DNA from: Geosiphon pyriformis uo1
Lineage: Eukaryota > Fungi > Glomeromycota
Assembly: GCA_016748015.1 (NCBI GenBank)
Contig: JAAOMT010000054.1
Location: 142,499 to 206,498, forward strand
Direction of reading: 5' to 3'
Length of the DNA: 64,000 nt
The position numbers and the translations under genes are program-made. Within the stretch, counting starts at the first letter, position 1, and each line of letters starts with the position of its first letter. The notes below the pieces were generated by a model. It made no database searches, was not told the DNA's origin, and saw nothing but the letters and a program-made list of their open reading frames with translations. Positions 53,301-64,000 of the stretch are shown here, piece by piece.

Positions 53301-56300
53301 AGTATCTAAAGCAAAAGAGTACACCATCATTGTTGGTAATGAATGGCTTAAGAAAGCCAAAGCACTACTTGACTATGAACTTTGCAAGTTAACCATCAGA
53401 TGTGGTGAAAAGCCAATTGTAGTTAAGTGCCATCATTGGACAACTCTTCCAATACCCAAACAAAACCAAGAAAAAGAACAATTAGATGAATCAGATGATG
53501 ATGAGAGTGATGATAAAAATCAAGAAGAACAGGAAGAAACTGCTGAACTCACCTATACCATCTTCACCAACAATGGCAAGCCACTGGATAATGTTAAAGC
53601 TGATAAAAGAAGGAATCATGGTAAATGACAAGCTGATCTGCTGGCTCTACTACAATATCCTCAGAAGAACCTTTGACAGAAAACCTGGCAAGAAAGCAAA
53701 ATACAGTTATTGGTGGCATGGTCCTTGTGCACGGTGTTGGTGTAATAAACCTTTGTATTCACCAAGTAATGAATACAAATCCTTCCTGATCTATTACAAA
53801 AATTGGGAACCAATTAGCTTGATACCTTGAGAAGAACTTAAAGAAGTACAAAAGCCCTTTGAGAATGAACCACCTGAAATCCAATCAATAATTGTAGAAC
53901 AAAGAGAATCTTCCTCTGAAGAAAGAAAAGTGGACATTGAAAATCTGTTGGCTAGAAATAGTCCAGTTATTTCAAAAGAAGGTGACACCCCTGGACGAAC
54001 CCATGTGATACAACACACCATCACCACCAAAAAAACTTGCCCCATCCATTTGAAGCCTTATTAATCCAATCAACACAATGATGAGTTTATCAAGAAAGAG
54101 ATAAACCAGATGAAAGATCTTGGATTCATACAAGAAACCAAGAGTAAATGGGCTTTCCCAGTTGTAGTGGTATCCAAGAAAGGTGAAACTCTACACTTTT
54201 GTGTTGACTACCAACAATTAAATACCATCATTATAAGACAAATGTACCTACTCCCCAAAATTAATGTAATGCTAGATAAATTCAATGATGCTGCTTTCTT
54301 CTCAACTATTGACTTAACTGCTGGATTCTGGCAAGTAGAGATGGATCCAGAAAGCAGAAAGAAAACTGCCTTTATCACCAAGTATGGCATCTATGAATTC
54401 ACAGTCATGCCTTTTGGCCTCACCAATGCTCCTCCCACCTTTCAACACCTAATGGATAAAGTGTTTGAATCAGTAAAAGAAAACTTTGTTTTGGTTTACT
54501 TGGATGACATAATGGTATATTCAAAAACCTGGGATGAACACTTTGAACATTTACAGAAGGTTTTTGACCTGCTCAGAAATGCTGGCCTTAAGATCAACCC
54601 AATCAAATCTTTCTTTGGACACCAATCCACCCAATTTCTTGGTCATCTTGTTACAAAAGATGGAATTTTTCATGACCCAGCTAAAGTTGAAAAAGTTCAA
54701 AACATTAGACAACCAATGTATGTTCCTAAACTATGCTTTTTCCTTGGTTTGGCTTCTTACTATTGCAAATTTATCAAGGATTTCTCCAAAATTGCCTTTT
54801 CTCTCAATCAGCTACTCAAGAAAAATGTCAATTATCACTGGGGCACTCATCAACAAAAAGCTTTTGAATTTTTGAAGGAAAAACTTGTTACTGAATCAAT
54901 TCTCAAACAACCTATCTTTTATCCTCCACATTGATGCATCTGGTTATGGACTTAGTGCTGTTTTTTTACAGAAAGATGAAAATAGCAGAGAACATGCCAT
55001 AGCATATACCAGTAGATCCCTCACACCAGCAGAAAAGAACTATTCAGTTACTGAACAAGAATGTCTAGCAGTAGTTTGGGCTACCAACTACTGGGATCAA
55101 TATATTTTTTGGTGCAAAATTCTTAGTGGTAACAGATCATCAAGCCTTGGTTTGGCTGTGCAAGAAAAAGAAGCTGGAACATAAAAGAATAACTTGCTGG
55201 ATACTCCATTTGAATGAATTCAACTATGATATTCAACATCACAAAGGAACAAATCATCAAAACATCGATGCTTTATCTAGACTTACCATCCAGTAACAGT
55301 ACAACCTATCAAACCAAACCAACTTAATTATTAGTAACTCCTTCATAAACAAACATGATAATGGACTTGGACAACTACTCTGCCTTAATAGAATTTTTGG
55401 GTAAAGAACAATATCCACCTGAATACACTCAACAGCAAAGAGAACATTTGCGCAAACAATCAAATTTTTATTTGATCTGCCAGAACCAATTATACAAAAG
55501 AAACAGACCACCCCAAGAGAGTTATCAAATTTGAAAAAAGAGAAATTGTAATATACAACATGCACACTGATCTATTAGCTGGACACTTTGGAAAAACAAA
55601 GACAATTCAGAAAACTTTAGCTTGCTATTATTAGCCTACCTTGGGAAAAGACTCTGTTGGTCAACCATTTGACAGAATTGGTATAGATGTTGTTGGACCT
55701 TTAACAATCACTCCTGATGGCAACAGATATATTATCACAGCTACTGACTATCTTACAAAGTGGGTAGAAGCAAGAGCCACCCCAGACCAAACAGCAGTCT
55801 CAATAGCTAATTTCATTTATGAAGATATCATCTGCCATCATGGCTGCCCCAAACAACTTTTATCTGATAGAGAAAGAGCTTTTCTCAGTACACTGGTTGA
55901 AGAACTTTGTAGAAAAATGAGAATACGTCATAAACTTTCCTCTTCTTATCACTCCCAAACAAATGGCCTAGTGGAACGTTTCAATAGAATGTTATGTGAA
56001 ACCCTAGCCAAAACCAGTGAAGAAACAAACTTATAGGACAAAGTACTGTCTTCAGCCTTGTTCACTTATAGAACTGTAAATCATGACATAACAAGTTATG
56101 AACCTTTTTATCTGCTCTATGAACACATGGCAACACTACCAATAGAAATTGACATTGAAACAATATCCTTTGAAAAGATCACAATAGGAAATTACAAAGA
56201 CATTTTGCAAAGAAGACTTGGTACCATTCTTGACTCCTTGGTAGAAGCATGAATAATTGCTTTTGAAAAGATAAAACAGTTCCAAGAAAAGCTTAAGAAA

Positions 56301-57955
56301 AAGAAAACCTATAAAACATTTTCTTTAAGTGTTGGTGACTTTGTATTAGAATACCGTTTAGACAGAGACAATGTCTATAGTAATAAATTTTTTAACCAGT
56401 GGAAAAGACCCTTTATAGTCAACAAAGTTTTAAACAATGGGTCTTATATTTTTCAAGATCAATCTGGAACAATTTTCAATGATCATTTTGTTCACAGTAC
56501 ATGACTCAAGAAATATTATAAACGACCTAATTGGCTGTCTGTTGTGGTAATACTGACTCAAATGATCAGCAAAAATCAAGTATAAATAAATGCACCATTC
56601 CCAAAACAGAAGTATCTTCAATTGACATGAACAATTATTTTCTGGATCAAAACATTCAAACTGTCTTCTATACTTTTTATGAGTATTGGATCAAAAACTA
56701 TCTAAATGCTACTCTGACCATTGGAAAACAAACCACCATAACTGATAACAGTGGAACACATACTGTTATTAGACCAAAGAAAACCACTACCAAAAGAGAA
56801 AAAATTGGTAATAAAATGAATAAATATCTGTTGGAAAGTATAACAGCAGCTATACTCCCACCTTCCAACACAATTGGAAAAACACTTCAAGAAATCTTAC
56901 CCATAGACAAAAACTTGTTATATGGAAGGCAATTAGAACTCTATGATTGTCTTGGTAAAATCATAGAGGATATGAAACTTATGAAGAAAACAACTTCAGA
57001 AATACAGGCAGAAATTTTGGGTATTATATGATTAGATATCTCAAGAGTTTTAACTATTGCTAGAAGAGCCAAAACTCTAATACAAAGATTTGGTCTTCTG
57101 GATACAAAACTCATTTTGCCTCAAGTATTATATACCTTATCAACAAAAGACTTCAACAAACTAGTTAGCTTTGAGTTAGATAAAACCCTTCCAATAGATT
57201 ACACCATAAATAGCTTAATTTCACTGGAGCTTAATCTCTTTGAAGAGGATGATGTTACAGTTGAAACTTATACTTCTTAATGATTATCACATGTATTAGC
57301 CACTGATGATAATAAATTAGCCACTCTATTTTTTGTAAGTAATCATTGATCTAATTATTGACCTGATCATTGACCTGATTATTGATCTAATCATTGACCT
57401 AGTCATTGATCTAATCATTGACCACTTTTGACAGCTATATAAGCAATGAATCTCTTAGCTGTAGAAAAGCATGTAGAAAATCAAAAGAAATAAAAAAATA
57501 AAATAACAATTTCATATCAATTCTTTTCTTATCACTAATTTATCTTTTCCTACTTTCAAGTATCTGAACATCTTAAAGATAAAAGATCACTTGTTGGTTA
57601 TTTCCTACTCTTTTCCTGAAATGTGTAATTGCAACATTTGGAGATTATTGGATAAAATGTGACTGAAGAGCACATCTGATACTTGATATTGAATTCTAAA
57701 AGCACCAATGTGAGGCATAGAATTATACCAAGTGTGATCATTTGTTGACAGTATGGACTATCCCTTTATCTTCAGATTCCCCAGTTACCTTTGAAAAGTA
57801 TAGCAACTGAGATATTTTATGGGACTGATCTTGCACATTGAATTCCTACTCATTCAATTCACTCTTTGAAGTTGAATTCCCCTTTGATTATTTCCATTAC
57901 CCTACAATCCTGTTCTCCCTTGCTATCCATTAGCTTGTTACTCCAACCCATAACA
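50347..57955 (+). mobile_element. Apparent full-length family C copy C3, actually chimeric
   Basis: LTRs 50347-51085 and 57253-57955 are different subtypes and the flanks GTAG/ATAC do not match; gag, LILDSGS, RT 54110-54934, integrase 55361-56585, ORF3 56627-57280. Confidence 0.9.
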
Positions 57956-58038
57956 ATACTTTTCTACAGCTAAGAGATTCATTTCTTATATAGCTATCAA
58001 AAGTGGTCAATGATCAGGTCAGTGATCACTTTTTAAAC
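57956..58038 (-). repeat. Internal fragment of a family C LTR
   Basis: Reverse complement of the array/TATA region; target of the element ending at 57955. Confidence 0.85.
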
Positions 58039-60133
58039 ATTAGATTCTCCAGCCATAGCACTATTCCAGTTACCCTGTTTCTCCACTTGTTTTAGCAGTA
58101 TCATAATAGGTTCTAGGGCCTTTTTGATTTCATTGATTTCTTTCTCTGGGTTGTATGTCTCTTTTCCCTCCTCTAAATTATGTCTGGAAACATATTCTGT
58201 TTTACTTTTTTATTACTCTTTTCTTTCTTTTCTTTTGATATGTGACTTGATGGATAAATCTCTACTTTGTTTTCATTTTTTTTTCTACTGTTACTCCAAG
58301 TTTGGAAGCCACAGCATTTAGTAGTTTAGCCATTTCATTCACCTGTTGTCTTAGTTCATCAATTTTGGACTTTCATGGCTGTTCTGTTCTTTTTTTTTGT
58401 TGCCCTTCTTTGTTGTTTGCTTGTGAGCCTTCTTTTTGGGACCCACTTGGGTTTGCATTGTACCTATTATTAGATGAGTTTAGTGCTGCCATTTTAGCAT
58501 ATGATCTTCCTCCAAAGGCCTTGATGGGTTCTTCTGGTATATTTTTTCTGACATACAATTTGGCCAATCGTATGTTATTGGTAACTTTCTTGGTATTCCC
58601 TTCTTTTTTCTTAAGTAAAGTAGGACAATTTAAAACCAAGTGTCTTATCTGATAACAAAAATGGCATTCTTTAGCACCAGTAAGTACCCAGTGAATCAGA
58701 GTGTACTGACTGGCTTCACTATCAAACCCTATGTAAGCACAGCCCATTCTGGTATAGTTTCTGCTAGTTCTTGGAATAAAGCAAAATCGGGCTTTGATTT
58801 GGTCCAAAATAGTACTCAGATAGTGGGCAGTACAGTTTGGTGGTAGGCCAACTAGCTTAGCTTCCCAGGTTTTCTTCTGCTCCATTGGGTAGATTCTAAC
58901 TACATCTTTCCTGATCAGGGTTGACCATTGGTCCACAGCTCTAGTCACCTCTTCTTGGTTGTTGAATTCAACCATTGCTGACTGCTATTTTCCAGCTACT
59001 TTGATTTGGACTTTTTTTACCATCCCAAATTCTTTCATGGCAGCTCCAACTTCTCTGTCAGAAATACCCAAGAGAATATCCCTAACTAGAACCTTCTTTT
59101 GACCAGCCATTTGATTGGCAATGCCATCAGTTGCCATCAAAAATGACTCAATATCTGCATCTGCCAGGATCTTTCTAGCTTGATCTCTTCCAGCAATTTG
59201 GGAGAAATCTATTCTAATTTCTTGGTTTCTCACTATTACAGCCCCCAAAAGGTAACTGACATTCCCCAACAGGTTGTAAATCCACCCCACCTTCTTTCCC
59301 ATGTTTTTTTCTGGTATGTTTAATATCTGCACAAACAGAACATGTCTCTTGGTGCCATAAACAACAGTTCTCCACCTTTCTTCTTAATTTGCTTCTGTAG
59401 ACATGGCATTTTTCTCAGATAATTTGTTACCTTTTTGGCCTGGGCTTGGGCTTGGCATTCTGCTTAATATACCTGATTCAGAATCTTCTATGTTCTCTGC
59501 AGTCCCTTTCAGATTGCCTATATCTTTGTTTGTCTCAAATGGATTGTCTATTTGCTTATCATTTTTCTCTATAGAGTTGCATTTTCTCAGAGCTGTTTTA
59601 ATCTGCGCTGCTCTTTCAACACCTTCAATAAGTAATTTGGATGGTCTATCCAATTTTCTCAGGGACTTTGAAACCTCCTTTTTACCAGTTCAGAAACTTA
59701 TTACTGTTATCTCCTTTGTTAAACATTGGCCACAAAACAAAATTGTTGGTTTGGTCTGTTGTTTTATCAGCAAGTTCCTCTTCAATGACCTGATTAAATC
59801 TTTCTGTTAGGCCTTTCACACTTATTTTTCCCAAGTGTCTCTACTTTTTATTGGGTTTTTCTTCTAGTCTGTTGCCTGTTAGTGGAGAAAAGTCAGCTGC
59901 TCTTCAGTGTGGGGCTGTTCTCTTTGATGTATTTGCAATTCTAAAGGGTGTGTTGTCTCCACTGCTTGTGTTTACACTTCCAATTGTTACACTGCTATGT
60001 TCAAACCTGAATGGAGGTGTTGTAGGTCTTGTCTTTTAGACTGGTGTTTGGTTTAATATGAATGTGCTATTTCCTTTCTTCTCTGTATTGACAGTGGAAT
60101 TTCTTTCCACTTGGTCTATATTCTTGGTAGTAT
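58039..60133 (-). pseudogene. LINE copy b ORF1 (decayed)
   Basis: Homologous to LINE a ORF1 (WSTLIRKDVVRIYP, CHFCYQIRHLVLNC). Confidence 0.88.
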
Positions 60134-60374
60134 TGTTATGGTTGAAACTTATACTTCTTATTAATTATCACATGTATTAGCCATTGATGTCACATAAATT
60201 AGCCATTCTATTTTTAGAAAGTAATCATTGACCTGATCATTGACCACTTTTGACAGCTATATAAGCAATGAATCTCTTAGCTGTAGAAAAGCATATAATA
60301 ATAAAAATAAATAAAATAAATAAAATAACAACTTCATCTCAATCCTTCTTTTATCGCTAATTTCCCTTTCCTAC
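60134..60374 (+). repeat. First 241 bp of a family C LTR (missing part of the C2 5' LTR)
   Basis: Begins TGTTATGG after GTAT; stops at CTAC, exactly complementing 49942-50346. Confidence 0.88.
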
Positions 60375-60940
60375 TGTTACAGGTTGGAGTAACAAGCTAA
60401 CAGATAGCAAGAGAGAACAAGATTGTAGGGTGATGGAAATAATCAACTTCAATGAGTGAATTGAATGAGTATAGATTCAATGTGCTTTTCAAAAGGTAAC
60501 AAGGAAATCTAAGGGTAGAGGGATAGTCCATACTGTCAACAATTGATCACCACTGATATATTTCTATGCCTCACATCAGCGCTCTTAGAATTCAATATTA
60601 GGTATCAACTTGTGCTTTACAGTCACATTTATTCAAATAATCTTCAAATGCTACAATTATATACATCAGGAAAAGACCAACAAGTAATCTTTTATTCTAA
60701 GATGTTCGGATACTTGAAGGTAGAGAAAGAGAAATTAGCAATAAGAGAGTGATTGAGATGAAAGTTGTTATTTTTATTTATTTGATTCTTGTCTGAGAGA
60801 TAATTTTCTATAGCTAAGAGACTCATCACTTATATAGCTATTGAAAGTGGTCAACAACCAGGTCATTGATCAGGTCAATGATTACTATCTAAAAATAGAG
60901 TGGCTAATTATATGACATTAATGACTAATACATGTGATAA

Positions 60941-61597
60941 CTAATAAAAATTATGGGTTTCAACCATAACATCATCCTTTCCAAAGAGATTGAGCTCCGG
61001 CGAAATCAAGCTATTTATAAGGTATTCTAATTGAAGGGTTTTGTCTAACTCAAAACTAACTAGTTTGTTGAAGTCTTTTGTGGATAGAGTGTATAGTACT
61101 TGAGGTGAAATAAGCTTTGTATCCAAGAGATCAAATCTTTGTATAAGAGTTTTGGTTCTTCTTGCAATGGTCAAAACTCTTGGAACATCTAAATGTATAA
61201 TGCCCAAAATTTCCACTTGTATCTCTGAAGTTGTTTTCTTTATGAGCTTCATTTCTTCTATGATTTCACCAAGATGACCATAGAGTTCTAGTTGCCTTCC
61301 ATATGACAAGTTTTTGTCTATGGGCAAGATTTCCTTAATCATTTTTCCAATTGTCATGGAAGGTGTAAGTATTGCTGCTGTTATGCTTTCCAGCAAATAC
61401 TTATCCATTTTGCTACCAATTCTTTCTCTTCTGGTAGTGGTTTTCTTTGGTATAATAACAGTATGTGTTCTACTGTTATCAGTTATGGTGGTTTGTTTTC
61501 CAATGGTTAGAGTAGCATTTGGATAATTTTTGATCCAATACTCGTGAAGAGTGTAGAAAGCATTTTGAATGTTTTGATCTAGGAAATAATTGTTCAT
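60941..61597 (-). CDS. Intact ORF3 of C4, 218 aa, unknown function
   Basis: Uninterrupted MNNYFLDQ...VETHNFY*; stop lies inside the 3' LTR. Confidence 0.75.
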   Translation of the reverse strand: MNNYFLDQNIQNAFYTLHEYWIKNYPNATLTIGKQTTITDNSRTHTVIIPKKTTTRRERIGSKMDKYLLESITAAILTPSMTIGKMIKEILPIDKNLSYGRQLELYGHLGEIIEEMKLIKKTTSEIQVEILGIIHLDVPRVLTIARRTKTLIQRFDLLDTKLISPQVLYTLSTKDFNKLVSFELDKTLQLEYLINSLISPELNLFGKDDVMVETHNFY

Positions 61598-61639
61598 GTC
61601 AATTGAAGATACCTCTGTTTTGGGAATGATGCATTTATT

Positions 61640-62952
61640 TATATCTGATTTTTGTTGATCATTTGGGTCAGTATTACCACAACAGATAACCAATCAGGTC
61701 ATTTGTGATATTTCTTGAGTCGTGTGCCATGATCAGGGTGATCATTGAAGATTGTTCCATATTGATCTTGTAAGATATAAAAACCATTGTTCAAAACTTT
61801 GTTAACTATAAAGGGTCCTTTCCACTGACTAGAGAATTTATCACCATAGACATTGTCTTTGTCTGAACGGTATTCTAAAACTAAGTCACCAACACTTAAG
61901 GAAAGTGTTTTATATGTTTTCTTTTACTTAAGCTTCTCTTGGAATTGTTTTATCTTTTCAAAGGCAATTATCCATGCTTCTACTAATGAGTCAAGAATGG
62001 TACCAAGTTTTCTTTGCAAAATGTCTTTGTAATTCCTTATTGTTATTTCTTCAAAGGGTATTGTCTCAATGTCAGTTTTTATTGGTATGGTTGCCATTCA
62101 TCCATAGAGTAGATAAAAGGGTTCATAACTTGTTATGTCATGATTCACAGTTCTATAAGTGAACAAAGCTGAAGGCAGTACTTTGTCCCATAAGTTTGTT
62201 TCTTCACTGGTTTTGGCTAGAGTTTCACATAGTGTTCTATTGAAACATTCCACTAGGCCATTTGTTTGGAGGTGATAAGAAGGAGAAAGTTTGTGACATA
62301 TTCCCATTTTTCTGCAAAGTTCTTCAACAAGTGTACTGAGAAAAGCTTTTCCTTTATCAGATAAAAGTTCTTTGGGGCAGCCATAGCAACAAATGATATC
62401 TTCATAAATGAAATTGGCTATTGAGACTGCTGTTTGGTCTGAAGTGGCTCTTGCTTCTACCCACTTTGTAAGATAGTTGGTAGCTGTAATAATGTATCTG
62501 TTGCCATCAGGAGTTATTGTTAAAGGTCCAACAACATCTATACCAATTCTGTCAAAGGGTTGACCAACAGAGATTGGATGGATATCTTCTTTGTGATTGA
62601 GTTTTCCTCTTTTTTGGCAGATATTACAGGTTTTGATGTATTCAGTAATGTCTTTTCCCAAGGTAGGCCAATAATAGTGAGCTAGAGTTTTCTGAATTGT
62701 TTTTGTTTTTCCAAAGTGTCTAGCAAATAGATTAGTATGCATATTGTAGATCACAATTTTTCTTTCTTCAAATCTGATGACTCTCTGGGGGCGGTCAGGA
62801 TCATTTCTATTTCTTTTATAAAGTTGGTTCTGGTGAATCAAATAGAAATTTGATTGTTTGTGCAAATGTTCTCTTTGTTGTTGTGTGTATTTCAGTGGGT
62901 ATTGTTCTTTACCCAAAAATTCCATTAAGGCAGAGTAGTTGTCCAAGTCCAT
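61640..62952 (-). pseudogene. Integrase ORF of C4
   Basis: MDLDNY start, H..H..CNIC, GIDVVGP, LLSDKG, TNGLVE, WKGPF. Confidence 0.9.
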
Positions 62953-64000
62953 TATCGTGTTTGTCAAAAAGGGAGAATTACTAATAATTAAGTTGGTTTG
63001 GTTTGATAGGTTGTACTGTTACTGGATAGTAAGTCTAGATAAAGCATCGATGTTTTGATGATTTGTTCCTTTGTGATGTTGAATATCATAGTTGAATTCA
63101 TTCAAATGGAGTATCCAGCAAGTTATTCTTTTATGTTCCAGCTTCTTTTTCTTGCACAGCCAAACCAAGGCTTGATGATCTGTTACCACTAAGAATTTTG
63201 CACCAAAAAATATATTGATTCCAGTAGTTGGTAGCCCAAACTACTGCTAGACATTCTTGTTCAGTAACTGAATAGTTCTTTTCTGCTGGTGTGAGGGATC
63301 TACTGGCATATGCTATGGCATGTTCTCTGCTATTTTCATCTTTCTGTAAAAAAACAGCACTAAGTCCATAACCAGATGCATCAGTGTGGAGGATAAAAGA
63401 TAGGTTGTTTGAGAATTGATTCAGTAACAAGTTTTTCCTTCAAAAATTCAAAAGCTTTTTGTTGATGAGTGCCCCAGTGATAATTGACATTTTTCTTGAG
63501 TAGCTGATTGAGAGGAAAGGCAATTTTGGAGAAATCCTTGATAAATTTGCAATAGTAAGAAGCCAAACCAAGGAAAAAGCATAGTTTAGGAACATACATT
63601 GGTTGTCTAATGTTTTGAACTTTTTCAACTTTAGCTGGGTCATGAAAAATTGCCATTTACCATGATTCCTTCTTTTATTAGCTTTAACATTATCCAGTGG
63701 CTTGCCATTGTTGGTGAAGATGGTATAGGCAAGTTCAGCAGTTTCTTCCTGTTCTTCTTGATTTTTATCATCACTCTCATCATCATCTGATTCATCTAAT
63801 TGTTCTTTTTCTTGGTTTTGTTTGGGTATTGGAAGAGTTGTCCAATGATGGCACTTAACTACAATTGGCTTTTTACCACATCTGATGGTTAACTTGCAAA
63901 GTTCATAGTCAAGTAGTGCTTTGGCTTTCTTAAGCCATTCATTACCAACAATGATGGTGTACTCTTTTGCTTCAGATACTTCCATATCAGTTTCAATGCT

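Larger units (their letters stand above)
60375..64000 (-). mobile_element. Gypsy family C copy C4 (3' LTR 60375-60971, ORF3, integrase, RNase H, RT largely deleted, protease end)
   Basis: Colinear with C3; ~1 kb deletion at ~63650; runs off the window. Confidence 0.92.

Noticed and set aside
55293-55334. 42-nt GT..AG intron removing the RNase H stop in family C
   Set aside because: Would not restore the integrase frame in C1-C3 and has no counterpart in families B or D; not fully excluded without RNA data.
57655-57730. Hammerhead ribozyme at CTGAAGAG in family C LTRs, or at CTGAGAA..GAAAC in family D LTRs
   Set aside because: No complete CUGANGA/GAAA/UH core with the three stems; motif not constant between copies.
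50347-57955. C3 as a single intact insertion datable by LTR divergence
   Set aside because: LTR subtypes and flanks do not match; it is a recombinant.

Overview
AT-rich eukaryotic repeat nest with no recognisable host gene; almost every base is transposon-derived and decayed by C>T/G>A changes. The protein families look like those of Glomeromycotina fungi, possibly Geosiphon (inference from recall, not checked). Contents: (i) three families of Ty3/Gypsy LTR retrotransposons with 4-bp target duplications (family D: copies A 1-3168 and D 16487-26560; family B: 4571-~15407; family C: C0-C4, a solo LTR and an LTR fragment); (ii) two copies of an APE-RT LINE; (iii) two full-length, poly(A)-tailed, TSD-flanked ~2.45 kb retroposons that encode only a LINE-type ORF1; (iv) one Tc1/mariner. 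Main surprises: all three Gypsy families appear tricistronic (gag-pol stops after RNase H, integrase has its own ATG, then a conserved non-env ORF3). Families B and D also carry a multi-CxxC domain and a dUTPase. Both ORF1-only retroposons landed on the same homologous protease motif in two different Gypsy families. Matching split target-site duplications reveal an inversion of roughly 55.3-63 kb. Termini and TSDs were read by eye; internal domain boundaries are approximate.
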